A stretch of DNA of 64,000 nt from Dicyema japonicum (Eukaryota > Animalia > Dicyemida). The stretch lies in assembly GCA_011109175.1 (NCBI GenBank), contig RDEW01000001.1, positions 476,678 to 540,677 on the forward strand, read 5' to 3'. Below are positions 63,601 through 64,000 of this stretch, piece by piece. The stretch's first letter is position 1; the number at the start of each line of letters is the position of its first letter. The notes beneath the pieces are model-generated. The model was not told the origin of the DNA, did not search any database, and saw nothing but the letters and a program-made list of their open reading frames with translations. Both the position numbers and the translations under genes were made by a program.

Positions 63601-64000
63601 GAGGAAGACAATATGGAATGTCAACCTAGGGTAATCTCTGAATGTGGGGTGTGCAGCGACGTGAACACACCTGTACATGCAATAGAGGTTGGCGTTGTGG
63701 TTCATCTCGAAATGTCAGTTGGATGAGTGTTGCCTTACACAACATTCAGAAAAAAGAACCACTTACATTTCCTATCGGTTCTCTCAAAAGAGTTCTCGAT
63801 GGCGACCGTTGAGCAAGCACAAAAACCTCGCTCTATGTTTTAAAGGTATTTTCCTTGGTACTCTTTAAGCAATGTATATCCGATATTCTTTCAGTGTAGA
63901 CCAATAATGTGTGGATTTCTGACAAAATGTGCAGGTTTTTACGGCTACCAGAGCAGACCATAAAATTAGTCTGAGTGGTTGCTGAATAATCGAAAAAAAA

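Noticed and set aside
1-64000. CRISPR array, prokaryotic operon or viral genes
   Set aside because: No repeat-spacer array or prokaryotic gene structure. The 2A motifs belong to LINEs, not a virus.

Overview
AT-rich eukaryotic genomic DNA from an animal with ultra-short introns (mostly 20-25 nt). A dicyemid-like parasite is my inference, not verified. About seven compact host genes are visible only after manual splicing: a CS-domain (CacyBP-like) gene, an adhesion GPCR, a C-clamp protein, a Na+/H+ exchanger, ALYREF, a Pax gene and a TMEM223-like gene. They sit among dense, mostly decayed non-LTR retrotransposons from at least four lineages: Ingi/Vingi-like APE-RT, RTE-like, CRE-like and R4/Dong-like. 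There is also a tRNA-derived SINE in four copies, a BED-finger remnant and an 18S rRNA fragment. The main result is an L1Tc/ingi-like LINE architecture: a 5' HDV-like ribozyme fold (two copies, pairing kept despite different stem sequences), then a ~30-aa 2A/StopGo leader (DIEQNPGP), then APE-RT, then a conserved 3' stem-loop and (TAA)n tail. Second is a near-intact CRE-like element with an N-terminal PHD finger. The assembly has indel errors and duplications flanking single n bases, so individual frameshifts and exact tandem copies need caution. All alignments and folds were done by eye; no searches were run.
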